Positions 42,243 to 50,256 of a stretch of 64,000 nt of DNA are shown one piece after another (within the stretch, counting starts at the first letter, position 1; every line of letters begins with the position of its first letter). The DNA lies in the IMG/VR virus record IMGVR_UViG_3300020724_000005. One strand, given 5' to 3'. The stretch is from a virus. Under the pieces are notes generated by a model. That model worked only from the letters and a program-made list of their open reading frames with translations. It was not told the origin of the DNA and did not search any database. The position numbers were made by a program, and so were the translations under genes.

Positions 42243-43955
42243 TTAGACTACATTCAAATCTGATACGAACAAGTTCGCATAAAATTCGGGCCTGACCATC
42301 GTCATTGCGTAACGTGTCATTATCCCCTTTCTTGGAGTAAAGGTGTTAGGATCGTACACCAGAGGCGTCATGATCAATGGCACGTAAGGAGCGTAAACCG
42401 CACCACACTCTAAGAACTGGTTGCCACGGAAACCTAACAGTACCACGTTCTCCAGCATATAAGGGTTCTTATACACTTTGTAACGGCTGTTAAGAGAACC
42501 GATCTTCTGTACACCGAAAGCATACTTCATTGTGTCTGCTGCACCGTCAGTATCAGCTGCAAATCCTGGGATTGATTCAAGGATCGTAGCTACTGCTGGA
42601 GAAACTACCATGAAGTTTGCACCGCCACGGAGAGTCTTCTGGTGGATGATGTTAGACAGCTTCTGAAGCTTGATACCGATGGTCTGGAACCAAGTCATCT
42701 GGTTGTAGAACACGCCTGCAGTGTTTGAAGTAAACGCAGTGTTTGTTGAGTTGATCTGGTTACCAACTTTAGCAGACCAGTAGTCAACTGTTGGAGCCTT
42801 TTGGATCAGCATGTCAAGAACTTCAAGATCTATTTCCAGAGTGATGTACTCAGAAAGAATACCAGTCAATTCAGCCTCAGCGTCAAGTGAGTGGTATGCG
42901 TTAAGATCCTGTGCAAATTCTGGTGTCCACTGTGCTTTCAACTTACGTGTTTTAGCAGAGATCGTCTGGCTTACCATCTGTACGTTAACCTCTGGGATAG
43001 AAATTGAAGTAGGAGAGTATGCGTTAGGAACAGAAACACCTTGTGTAGATGTACGATCTTCAAAGTCACCGATTGCGTTAAAGTCAGTCTGCTTGTTATA
43101 GTATACTGTCATCAAGCTACCAGTCAACAGGTTATTTGTAGCTGTAGCATATGTGCTAGAACCACTAACAATAACAAAGGACAGAGTATCTGTAATATTA
43201 TTGTAAGAAGTAAATTGATTTGCACTATTTGCTGGGTTAACTAGTGCTGCAATGCTAGATACAGATCCTGTAATTTCAAAAGCACGAACGCCATTCTGAT
43301 TCAAATATGGGAATAGGGTTGCATTAGCATTTGCAAAGTTTACAATAGCTACTGCGCCAGCCGCAACAGATGCAGAATAGTTAGCATCAAAGTTAAGGTT
43401 TGCCCAAGTTACTTGAGAACCAGTTAATACTGAAGATGCTGTAAAGCTTGCGCTAAAAAGGTTTAAAGAATAACCAAAAGTACCAGCACCATAAAGACCA
43501 CCAGCATTTGAGTTACCAAAATCTTTTGTGTCTTTTGTACCGTACATTGAAGTACCAGCACCAAATCCAGGATTACCTGTAGTACCGTACTGGAAGTCAA
43601 GGTAGAACACCAGACCAGCAGGAAGGTTCATTGGCTGTACGCTAACGAACTCCTTAGATGCAAGCTGACCGAAGATCTTACGAACCAACGGAAGAGCCAC
43701 ACCAGCCCACTGTTCACCAGCACCAGCTGTGAAAGTAGCACCGTTAGATACTCCGCCTGTTGCAGCAGAAGTCTCAGTTACGAGCTGTTTAGACTGATTC
43801 TCAAGGATCATCGCCATCGTCCTAGAGTCATGCTCGTTCAAGTTTTTAAGCAGGCCTGATTTGCCCCACTTCTTAACGAGTCTTTGAGAAACTGACAGAG
43901 TCGAACTATATGCGTTCTGTGCAGATTCTTGTAAAAGGGAATTTACTAGATTCAT
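42243..43955 (-). CDS. major capsid protein (T4 gp23-like) with an N-terminal propeptide
   Basis: 570 aa. It follows the scaffold gene, and its C-terminus AVYAPYVPLIMTPLVYDPNTFTPRKGIMTRYA is gp23-like. Confidence 0.8.
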   Translation of the reverse strand: MNLVNSLLQESAQNAYSSTLSVSQRLVKKWGKSGLLKNLNEHDSRTMAMILENQSKQLVTETSAATGGVSNGATFTAGAGEQWAGVALPLVRKIFGQLASKEFVSVQPMNLPAGLVFYLDFQYGTTGNPGFGAGTSMYGTKDTKDFGNSNAGGLYGAGTFGYSLNLFSASFTASSVLTGSQVTWANLNFDANYSASVAAGAVAIVNFANANATLFPYLNQNGVRAFEITGSVSSIAALVNPANSANQFTSYNNITDTLSFVIVSGSSTYATATNNLLTGSLMTVYYNKQTDFNAIGDFEDRTSTQGVSVPNAYSPTSISIPEVNVQMVSQTISAKTRKLKAQWTPEFAQDLNAYHSLDAEAELTGILSEYITLEIDLEVLDMLIQKAPTVDYWSAKVGNQINSTNTAFTSNTAGVFYNQMTWFQTIGIKLQKLSNIIHQKTLRGGANFMVVSPAVATILESIPGFAADTDGAADTMKYAFGVQKIGSLNSRYKVYKNPYMLENVVLLGFRGNQFLECGAVYAPYVPLIMTPLVYDPNTFTPRKGIMTRYAMTMVRPEFYANLFVSDLNVV

Positions 43956-43993
43956 TTTGTTTGTTTTTAAGTTTTAAAATAGTTGTTTCTGAA

Positions 43994-45529
43994 TTAGATG
44001 CCTGCTAGTTTCTGCATTCTTGCTATGAAAGGATCAGACTCCAGTGTGTTTCCTTTTGGAGCTCCGCCTGTTGGCTTAGATGCAAATCCTGAGAAGGATT
44101 CTTTTAATTGTTTCTTAGGAGCAGCAGTTATTGATTCGCTGATGAACTTAAATGTGTTCTTCACTTCTTTAACCGACGTCGCTCTATCGAATGCATTCAG
44201 GACCTTTACTTTTTGTGCTTCAGTAAGAGATTTAGATTTGAAGATCTTGTTAACATAAAGAAGCTTAGCGTTCAGAAGATTGATCTCATTCAGCTCTTTC
44301 TGCATCAGTTTGATTGCTTTCTTAGCCTCTTCGAGTTCTTTCTTTTCTGCCATCTTTTTCTTCTCTTCCATCTTCTTCTTCTCGTGCATTTTCTTTTTGG
44401 CTTCTTCCATGTGATGCTTAGCTTCGTCCATTTCGTCTTCTTCTTCATCATCCTCTTCGCCTTCGTCTTCGAGTTCAGCTAGAATCTCATCAAGAGAAAC
44501 TTCATCATCACCAGCTTCTGCGCCTTCTCCACCTTCGTGGCCAGCCATTGCAGCTTTGATTGCGTTTACAAGATCTCCAAGAGTTACGTCAACAACTTTG
44601 GTGTCTTCTTCAGACTCTTTGCCGTCTTCTCCCTCTTCTTCATCTTCTTCTTCGTCGTCTTCTTCTTTGGCTTCTTCCATTTCGTCGTAATGTTCGTCTA
44701 GCTCTTCTTCATGTTTGGCTTTCTTTTTCTTTTTAGCCTCGTCCATGTGGTGTTTAGCTTCGTCCATTTCGTCTTCTTCTTCATCGTCTTCTTCATGGTG
44801 AGCTTCGTCCATTTCTTCGAGTTCGTCTAGGATCTCATCAAGATACTTTTCATCAAGATTACCAGGATCTGCTTCGTCCATTTCGTCATAGCCTTCTTCC
44901 ATGTCTTCAATAGCGCCTTTATGAGCTGGAGCATGTTTGTAACCGGCTTCTTTTGAGCGATGTGCTTTATTTGTATGCACAATGTGCTCTGCCTCGTCCA
45001 TCTCTTCTTCAGATTCGTCCATTGATAGAATATCTTCTATACTCTCAGTCTCTGGATCATTTTCTTCTGAGTGTATGTGAGTTGCGCCCATTTTTTTAGC
45101 GGCCTTTGCAATCATCTTCCAGAATTTATCAACATCTTCACCAGTACGTTCTACAACTTTAGCAGTTTTACCGTTAAATTCAACTGTAGCTTCATGTTCA
45201 CCAGAAGGTGATGTATATACTTCTGCTGTTGTTGCTTGATCACCATCTTCTCCTTCGTCCATTTCATCATACTCATCTAAATCTTCGATCGCGCCTTTAT
45301 GAGCTGGAGCATGTTTGTAACCGGCTTCATGACTACGAGCTGATTTCTTTGTGTGAACGATGTGCTCTGCTTCGTCCATTTCTTCTTCTTCAGATTCTAC
45401 GATGTGTTTCTTCAACATCGCTTTGATCTTTGGCTCGAATGCTTCTTGAATCGCAGCTTTAGCGTTGGCCATGGCGCTTTCACGAACTGCTTTTGCATCA
45501 GCAACAGCCTGAGTGTAAATACTTTCCAT
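43994..45529 (-). CDS. prohead scaffold/core protein (gp22-like), highly acidic and repetitive
   Basis: 511 aa, Glu/Asp/Lys/His-rich, with EMDEA repeated six times. It lies between the protease and the capsid gene. Confidence 0.7.
   Translation of the reverse strand: MESIYTQAVADAKAVRESAMANAKAAIQEAFEPKIKAMLKKHIVESEEEEMDEAEHIVHTKKSARSHEAGYKHAPAHKGAIEDLDEYDEMDEGEDGDQATTAEVYTSPSGEHEATVEFNGKTAKVVERTGEDVDKFWKMIAKAAKKMGATHIHSEENDPETESIEDILSMDESEEEMDEAEHIVHTNKAHRSKEAGYKHAPAHKGAIEDMEEGYDEMDEADPGNLDEKYLDEILDELEEMDEAHHEEDDEEEDEMDEAKHHMDEAKKKKKAKHEEELDEHYDEMEEAKEEDDEEEDEEEGEDGKESEEDTKVVDVTLGDLVNAIKAAMAGHEGGEGAEAGDDEVSLDEILAELEDEGEEDDEEEDEMDEAKHHMEEAKKKMHEKKKMEEKKKMAEKKELEEAKKAIKLMQKELNEINLLNAKLLYVNKIFKSKSLTEAQKVKVLNAFDRATSVKEVKNTFKFISESITAAPKKQLKESFSGFASKPTGGAPKGNTLESDPFIARMQKLAGI
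44873..45013 (-). repeat. scaffold internal repeat, copy 2
   Basis: SEEEMDEAEHIVHTNKAHRSKEAGYKHAPAHKGAIEDMEEGYDEMDE. Confidence 0.8.
45254..45394 (-). repeat. scaffold internal repeat, copy 1
   Basis: SEEEEMDEAEHIVHTKKSARSHEAGYKHAPAHKGAIEDLDEYDEMDE. Confidence 0.8.
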
Positions 45530-45628
45530 ACTTTTTTAAAGTTTTTTGGATCTTAATCGTTCATTGAGGATGTGGAACGATATGGGAAATTAGTGTAATA
45601 GCGTCATATTGGGAAGACGCATCTGTTG

Positions 45629-45636
45629 ATAAATAT
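45629..45636 (-). promoter_or_regulatory. motif copy (divergent pair with 45709..45716)
   Basis: ATAAATAT, 99 nt upstream of the scaffold ATG 45529. Confidence 0.35.
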
Positions 45637-45708
45637 ACAACTTTTGACGAGAATCGAGTTTAAACAAAAAAAATATTACAACTTAGAGTTTAAATTTGCT
45701 ATTGTCTG

Positions 45709-45716
45709 ATATTTAT
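45709..45716 (+). promoter_or_regulatory. GATATTTAT(A/T)A-type motif copy in plus orientation
   Basis: GATATTTATAA read on the plus strand, 97 nt upstream of the only plus-strand gene (ATG 45814). Confidence 0.45.
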
Positions 45717-45720
45717 AATA

Positions 45721-45802
45721 AATTGCTACTGGTACTAGTAATTAACAAAGATATTGAGTCATCATAGATGGAGTTGTACCAGAACTCTGTTTATTTTGAC
45801 TC
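45721..45802 (+). promoter_or_regulatory. structured HEG leader (copy 3, plus strand)
   Basis: Hairpin S1 pairs AATTGCTA with TAGTAATT (45721..45728 with 45736..45743) around loop CTGGTAC. Hairpin 2 pairs GAGTT with AACTC (45771..45775 with 45783..45787) around loop GTACCAG. The outer helix pairs GAGTCA (45756..45761) with TGACTC (45797..45802). Confidence 0.6.
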
Positions 45803-45813
45803 ACTTTTATTTT

Positions 45814-46446
45814 ATGGATCATCTCAAAATTTACAATAGGATCATTGCAAAGGCTAAATTAGAAGGGAGAAAAAAACTTTCTAGAGATCATAATGATTAT
45901 GTCTACTACGAAGCTCATCATATCATTCCAAGATGTTTAGGAGGTATGAATGATAAAACTAATATAGTACTACTTACAGCTAGAGAGCATTTTATCGTCC
46001 ATTGGTTATTATATGAAACTGATAATGGAAATGTAAAATTAGCTTTGGCATTTTTTATGATGTGTAATACTAAAGATCACAATCAATTAAGATACATTCC
46101 AAGTTCTAGAATTATAGAATATTCAAAAAATCAACACTCTAAGTATCACCACTCAAAACTACCTAAATTTAAAAAAATAAATTCTGATTTAAGAAAAGGA
46201 AAATCTATAGTAGAACAGTTTGGAAAGCAAAAAGCTTTAGAATGTTCAATTAAAAAATCTAATTCTTTAAAACTGAGCTATCTAAATGACCCCACACTAT
46301 CAAAAAGAAAAAGTGATTCTATGAAAGGAAAAAATAAAATTGTTCGTAAATTTACATGCCCACATTGCGGAAAAATAGGAGGAATTTCTACTATGAAACA
46401 GAAACATCTTCCTATATGTAAATCAGCTCAAACAGCAAATCCCTGA
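45814..46446 (+). CDS. HNH homing endonuclease with a C-terminal CPHC zinc finger
   Basis: MDHLKIYNRIIAKAKLEGRKK...YYEAHHIIPRCLGG...NIVLLTAREHFIVHWLL; C-terminus CPHCGKIGGISTMKQKHLPICK. The track ORF starts at TTG 45754; I prefer ATG 45814. Confidence 0.85.
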   Translation: MDHLKIYNRIIAKAKLEGRKKLSRDHNDYVYYEAHHIIPRCLGGMNDKTNIVLLTAREHFIVHWLLYETDNGNVKLALAFFMMCNTKDHNQLRYIPSSRIIEYSKNQHSKYHHSKLPKFKKINSDLRKGKSIVEQFGKQKALECSIKKSNSLKLSYLNDPTLSKRKSDSMKGKNKIVRKFTCPHCGKIGGISTMKQKHLPICKSAQTANP

Positions 46447-47061
46447 TTGTAAACAGATGATCTCTGAAATTAACTTATGAATTCTAGAATATTTATCTAC
46501 TGATACAGAATGATCTATCGATTCTTTAAGCCCTTTTTTGCCTTCTTGGTGCATATAGGAACCGAAATTTGAGGGTTGCGAAACAAAATCCCACCCAATA
46601 AGATCTAAATCGTCTTCTACCTGCACCAATCCTTCTCCTATTTGTGTAACTGATCCCATAGCTCTTGATGATATACCCACTGAGAGGTTATTCTCAAACA
46701 GCGTCTTTAGGATGTTTCCGGATGGTGTAGGGAGTATTTCAACTCTGCCATATAGATCTTTGCCTTCCCACCATATTTCCATGATGTTGTGGCTTACGTT
46801 CTTTAAGTTGATGATGCTTGTTTCTGGATGGTCTAATTCTCCAAATGCTCTTCTTTCTTTTATAGGTCCTTCAGCATATTTCTGTGCTTGAGACATAAGG
46901 ATATCATGCGGATAGATTCGTTGATTTGCATTGGGAATATCAGCAGAAGACAGCTTACCGACAACTACCATATTACTATTTCCACGAAGTCCTTCTTTAA
47001 GGTGACTAAGAGGTTTAAATACTGAATACTCTATGAGAAGTTGTGGTTTCATATTATACAT
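46423..47061 (-). CDS. prohead core protease (T4 gp21-like)
   Basis: FGELDHPE and GISSRAMGS (His/Ser motifs). It sits between the core proteins and the scaffold, as in T4. Confidence 0.75.
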   Translation of the reverse strand: MYNMKPQLLIEYSVFKPLSHLKEGLRGNSNMVVVGKLSSADIPNANQRIYPHDILMSQAQKYAEGPIKERRAFGELDHPETSIINLKNVSHNIMEIWWEGKDLYGRVEILPTPSGNILKTLFENNLSVGISSRAMGSVTQIGEGLVQVEDDLDLIGWDFVSQPSNFGSYMHQEGKKGLKESIDHSVSVDKYSRIHKLISEIICLQSGICCLS

Positions 47062-48238
47062 CTATTGCTTGTCCTGAATTAAAAGCTTTTTGTAGATCTG
47101 CTCTTGCTGATCCTTGAACTTTATTTAATTTATTTTGTACTGCTTGATTATGAGCAGAGTCGGTAGTTTTAGCTGTGGCAACTTCATCTACTTCTTTTGT
47201 CTTCTTTTTCTTTTTAAGGAACTCCACTACTTTCTTGATCACAGCATCTTTCTTTTCATCTACTGTCTTTACTCCGGGTTTTGCTTTTGCGTCAAATTTC
47301 TTTATCTTTGCATCATCAAGCTCATTTGAAGATTTATCATGGTGCCCAGAAAAGTGATTTATGATGTTCATCTGGTAGTCTTTATGTTTGCCTTCTCCTA
47401 ATTCTACAGTGAGAGTTGATCCTACTATTGCTTTTACAGTTCCTGGTCCATCTGGTGTTTCTACTCCCATGCCTATTCCGTATACGTGGTGACTATCTTC
47501 GGTCAATCTTTTTTTTAAGAAAGTCTCTATGGCCTCCATCACCTTGTGTTTCTTTTCAGGCTGCTTCATCTGCTTCATGCCTTTATGACCTTTTGCATGA
47601 CTTGACATCTCCTTTACTCCTTTTGGCTTTCCCTTCTTATTCTCTTTTGTAGAAGCTTTTGTGTTTGCTTTATGCTTTTCTACTCCTTTTGGAGACTTCA
47701 TCTGATGATGCTGATCTTTAAGTTCTTTCTTTACTGGGATCATCTTACGCTTCTCGTCTACTTTATTGATCTCCTTTGCGTTTGCGACTAGCACATCATC
47801 ATAACATCTTGGATCTTTTTTGAGCTTAGCTACCACCTTCTCAAGCGTCTTTTGGTACACTTCACCGTCTATCTTAGGAAGCTTTGCAAGCTCTACGTTC
47901 ACAGCTTTGTTCACCAGGATCGGATTCAATCTGTCTATGGTAAGGTGTAGATCTTCTTGCTCTTTTATGATTTTCTTTGGAGATTTACCTTCTTTTAGTT
48001 TTAATAGACCCAATCTAATAGCCTGTTCTACTTTATCTTGAAGTAAAGGTTCATTATCTTCTCTAGTCTCTTCTGCTTCTCTGATCACAGACTTCTGCTT
48101 CAGAATCCTGATAGCATCATCGTATGAGGTCAAGTTGCTTATGTATGGGAGTTGAGCGTCTTTACGAACTTCGTAGAGGAACTTCTCTTTTGATACTTCT
48201 CCCGCTCTATGTTTCGCAAATAGGTTTGCTACTGTCAT
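47054..48238 (-). CDS. hypothetical prohead-core-region protein (Lys-rich)
   Basis: 394-aa ORF in the slot between portal and protease. Confidence 0.45.
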   Translation of the reverse strand: MTVANLFAKHRAGEVSKEKFLYEVRKDAQLPYISNLTSYDDAIRILKQKSVIREAEETREDNEPLLQDKVEQAIRLGLLKLKEGKSPKKIIKEQEDLHLTIDRLNPILVNKAVNVELAKLPKIDGEVYQKTLEKVVAKLKKDPRCYDDVLVANAKEINKVDEKRKMIPVKKELKDQHHQMKSPKGVEKHKANTKASTKENKKGKPKGVKEMSSHAKGHKGMKQMKQPEKKHKVMEAIETFLKKRLTEDSHHVYGIGMGVETPDGPGTVKAIVGSTLTVELGEGKHKDYQMNIINHFSGHHDKSSNELDDAKIKKFDAKAKPGVKTVDEKKDAVIKKVVEFLKKKKKTKEVDEVATAKTTDSAHNQAVQNKLNKVQGSARADLQKAFNSGQAIDV

Positions 48239-48256
48239 CTTTTTGTATTTTTAGTA

Positions 48257-48264
48257 ATAAATAT
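48257..48264 (-). promoter_or_regulatory. GATATTTAT(A/T)A-type motif copy
   Basis: ATAAATATC, 18 nt upstream of ATG 48238. Confidence 0.4.
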
Positions 48265-48267
48265 CGA

Positions 48268-48369
48268 TTATCGTCCCTGACCTCTATACGCCTTTGGCCT
48301 TTTAGAGTTTTTATTGTAAGATTTTTTAGCTTTTCCTTTCTTCTTAATTCCAAACGAAACTTTTACCAT
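48268..48369 (-). CDS. candidate 33-aa highly basic peptide (below the ORF-track cutoff)
   Basis: My own translation gives MVKVSFGIKKKGKAKKSYNKNSKRPKAYRGQGR: 13 of 33 residues are Lys or Arg and none is acidic. The ATG lies 1 nt after the stop of 48371..49354, and the ORF fills an otherwise empty 130-nt gap. Confidence 0.35.
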   Translation of the reverse strand: MVKVSFGIKKKGKAKKSYNKNSKRPKAYRGQGR

Positions 48370-48370
48370 A

Positions 48371-49354
48371 TCATTTGAGTTTTTTGTGTTTTACGTAAAT
48401 GCTCTTTATCATCTCTGTCATCTTTTCAAGAGACCTTTTTGTGTGAGTGGTCTCGTTTACCATTCCAGCAGTAGTCAGATCGCTTTTAAGAGTAGCAAGG
48501 TACTCCACCATTCTATTGACCTCGGCCAGCTTCTTTCTCACTAGGCCAACTCCAGTGTGGTACTGTCCAGCTGCATCTCTCTCACGTGTTGCTTTTTTGA
48601 ATCTAGAGTAGCTCTCTTGGAGTTCTTCTGATTCGTCCCACAGCGCTTTGTATTGGAATCCTCCTGTGGAAGGACGATTGGGTATTGAAGGGGCTGGCGT
48701 GAAACCAAACTTATCAACAGCATAATTCTTTTTAAGTTTTCCTGCTGCGAGCTTTGGTTCTTTGTCTTTTGATTCTTTTGCTGATGGAGCAACTGACGTA
48801 TACTGCATAGGAGATCCTGTCACTATCGTGCCGTCTTCTTTCTTTGCAGATATTCTATTCTTGCCATTATCTTTGAATATCTTAGTAATCACTGCTTTTT
48901 CTCCAGCATGATATACGCTGCTTCCTACTTTTACTTCTTTGCCGTCTCTAGTCTCTGCTGTAGGTTGATCTTTAAAAGCAAAAGAACTTCCTGGCTTGAA
49001 CTTTCCAGGCTCTCCCTTTTTTATGTTAGACGGATCTGGAGTCCTATAATCTTTTTTACTATAAGATTCTTTCATTTTTTTCTTTGGCTTATCAAGAGCT
49101 TGAGCGTATTGCATGCCTGAACCAGGGGTGAACGTGGCTCCGCCTGAACCTACTCCGCCTCCAGTAGCTGACATCTCTTCCATGGTATTAGGAGCTTTAC
49201 GGATGATGTCTTTGGCCTCCTCAGCTGTTATCTTTCCAGACTCTACAGCAGCAAGCAACGTATCTATGAGATGCTCTGCCATGTCCATTTCTTCTTGGCT
49301 AGGCTGATGCTCACTGCCACGCATCCTATCTACCATCGATTGCATATCACTCAT
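48371..49354 (-). CDS. hypothetical prohead-core-region protein sharing motifs with the scaffold and the capsid N-arm
   Basis: 327 aa. EEMDMAEHLID matches the scaffold's EEMDEAEHIVH; SATGGGVGSGGATFTPGSGMQYA matches the capsid's SAATGGVSNGATFTAGAGEQWA. Confidence 0.5.
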   Translation of the reverse strand: MSDMQSMVDRMRGSEHQPSQEEMDMAEHLIDTLLAAVESGKITAEEAKDIIRKAPNTMEEMSATGGGVGSGGATFTPGSGMQYAQALDKPKKKMKESYSKKDYRTPDPSNIKKGEPGKFKPGSSFAFKDQPTAETRDGKEVKVGSSVYHAGEKAVITKIFKDNGKNRISAKKEDGTIVTGSPMQYTSVAPSAKESKDKEPKLAAGKLKKNYAVDKFGFTPAPSIPNRPSTGGFQYKALWDESEELQESYSRFKKATRERDAAGQYHTGVGLVRKKLAEVNRMVEYLATLKSDLTTAGMVNETTHTKRSLEKMTEMIKSIYVKHKKLK

Positions 49355-50208
49355 TTGTGTATCTTTTTAAGCTCATCTATAAGATCTATGTACTGTAGAA
49401 GTCCTGATATTGTCTCGTCTTTTACTCTTTTTCCTTCTTTTATCGGTTGAACCAGCTTTACCACTTCGTCCAGCTTTATCTTTACTACTGGATCAGTGAC
49501 CTTTTTAGAGAGCTTCACTATGTCTGCTTTGATCTCTGTCAGCTGTTGGTTTACGTAAGAATTGAGCTTTGTTGTGTTAGATATGCTGGTGATGTAATTA
49601 TTGAGGATGTCTTTTTGCCTTGTTGACATGCCTTCGTACTTTTCATTGAACTTTTCTACCAGTATCTTGTATGTAAGCAGCCTTATCTCTTTGTCTTCCT
49701 GCATCAACTCTTCCATGATATTTTTGGAAGCTGGCATATTTTCAAGTTTGGATTTTGTCACATGCTCTAATACTACGACTTTATTTAGGAAGACTTGCTT
49801 AATATCAACATCTTTTGTATTTTGAGATTCGAGTGTATTATATATTGCAGCAAGCGTTTTGTAATTATCTACCTTAGCCTTAAAGAAATCGTCAATATCA
49901 TACCCAGACTTGATTTCTCTTATAAGGTTATACTTTAGTTTCTGTATTGCTTCTTTATCAAGCTTCTTATACTGCTCTAAAATTGTAGAGATTAGCATCT
50001 CTGCTTTAGATTCTGAGAGTTTAGGACTTGTTACTACTCCATTGTAAAGAGCGTACTCCTTGCCTAGTTCTGTGTTCGTAAAATACTTCTTGAGTATCTT
50101 TACTGCTTTTGACTCCCTATTGGCAATAAAATCAGCCGTAGTCTGTCTGACTAGCAACTCAAAAAGTATGCCAGAATTTCGATATTTCGAATGTTTAAGT
50201 GATGCCAT
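49351..50208 (-). CDS. hypothetical prohead-core-region protein
   Basis: 285-aa ORF just downstream of the portal gene. Confidence 0.45.
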   Translation of the reverse strand: MASLKHSKYRNSGILFELLVRQTTADFIANRESKAVKILKKYFTNTELGKEYALYNGVVTSPKLSESKAEMLISTILEQYKKLDKEAIQKLKYNLIREIKSGYDIDDFFKAKVDNYKTLAAIYNTLESQNTKDVDIKQVFLNKVVVLEHVTKSKLENMPASKNIMEELMQEDKEIRLLTYKILVEKFNEKYEGMSTRQKDILNNYITSISNTTKLNSYVNQQLTEIKADIVKLSKKVTDPVVKIKLDEVVKLVQPIKEGKRVKDETISGLLQYIDLIDELKKIHK

Positions 50209-50228
50209 GAATTGGATCGATTCTATTT

Positions 50229-50236
50229 ATAAATAT
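50229..50236 (-). promoter_or_regulatory. motif copy
   Basis: ATAAATAT, 20 nt upstream of ATG 50208. Confidence 0.35.
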
Positions 50237-50256
50237 ATCTAATTGCTTCTCGGTGT

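Noticed and set aside
45530-45700. Two hairpins in the roughly 100-nt scaffold 5' UTR (ATCGTTC/GAACGAT and GCGTC/GACGC) as another kissing-loop element.
   Set aside because: Their loops are not complementary to each other, the stems are short, and no second copy with covariation was found. They may simply stabilise the mRNA.
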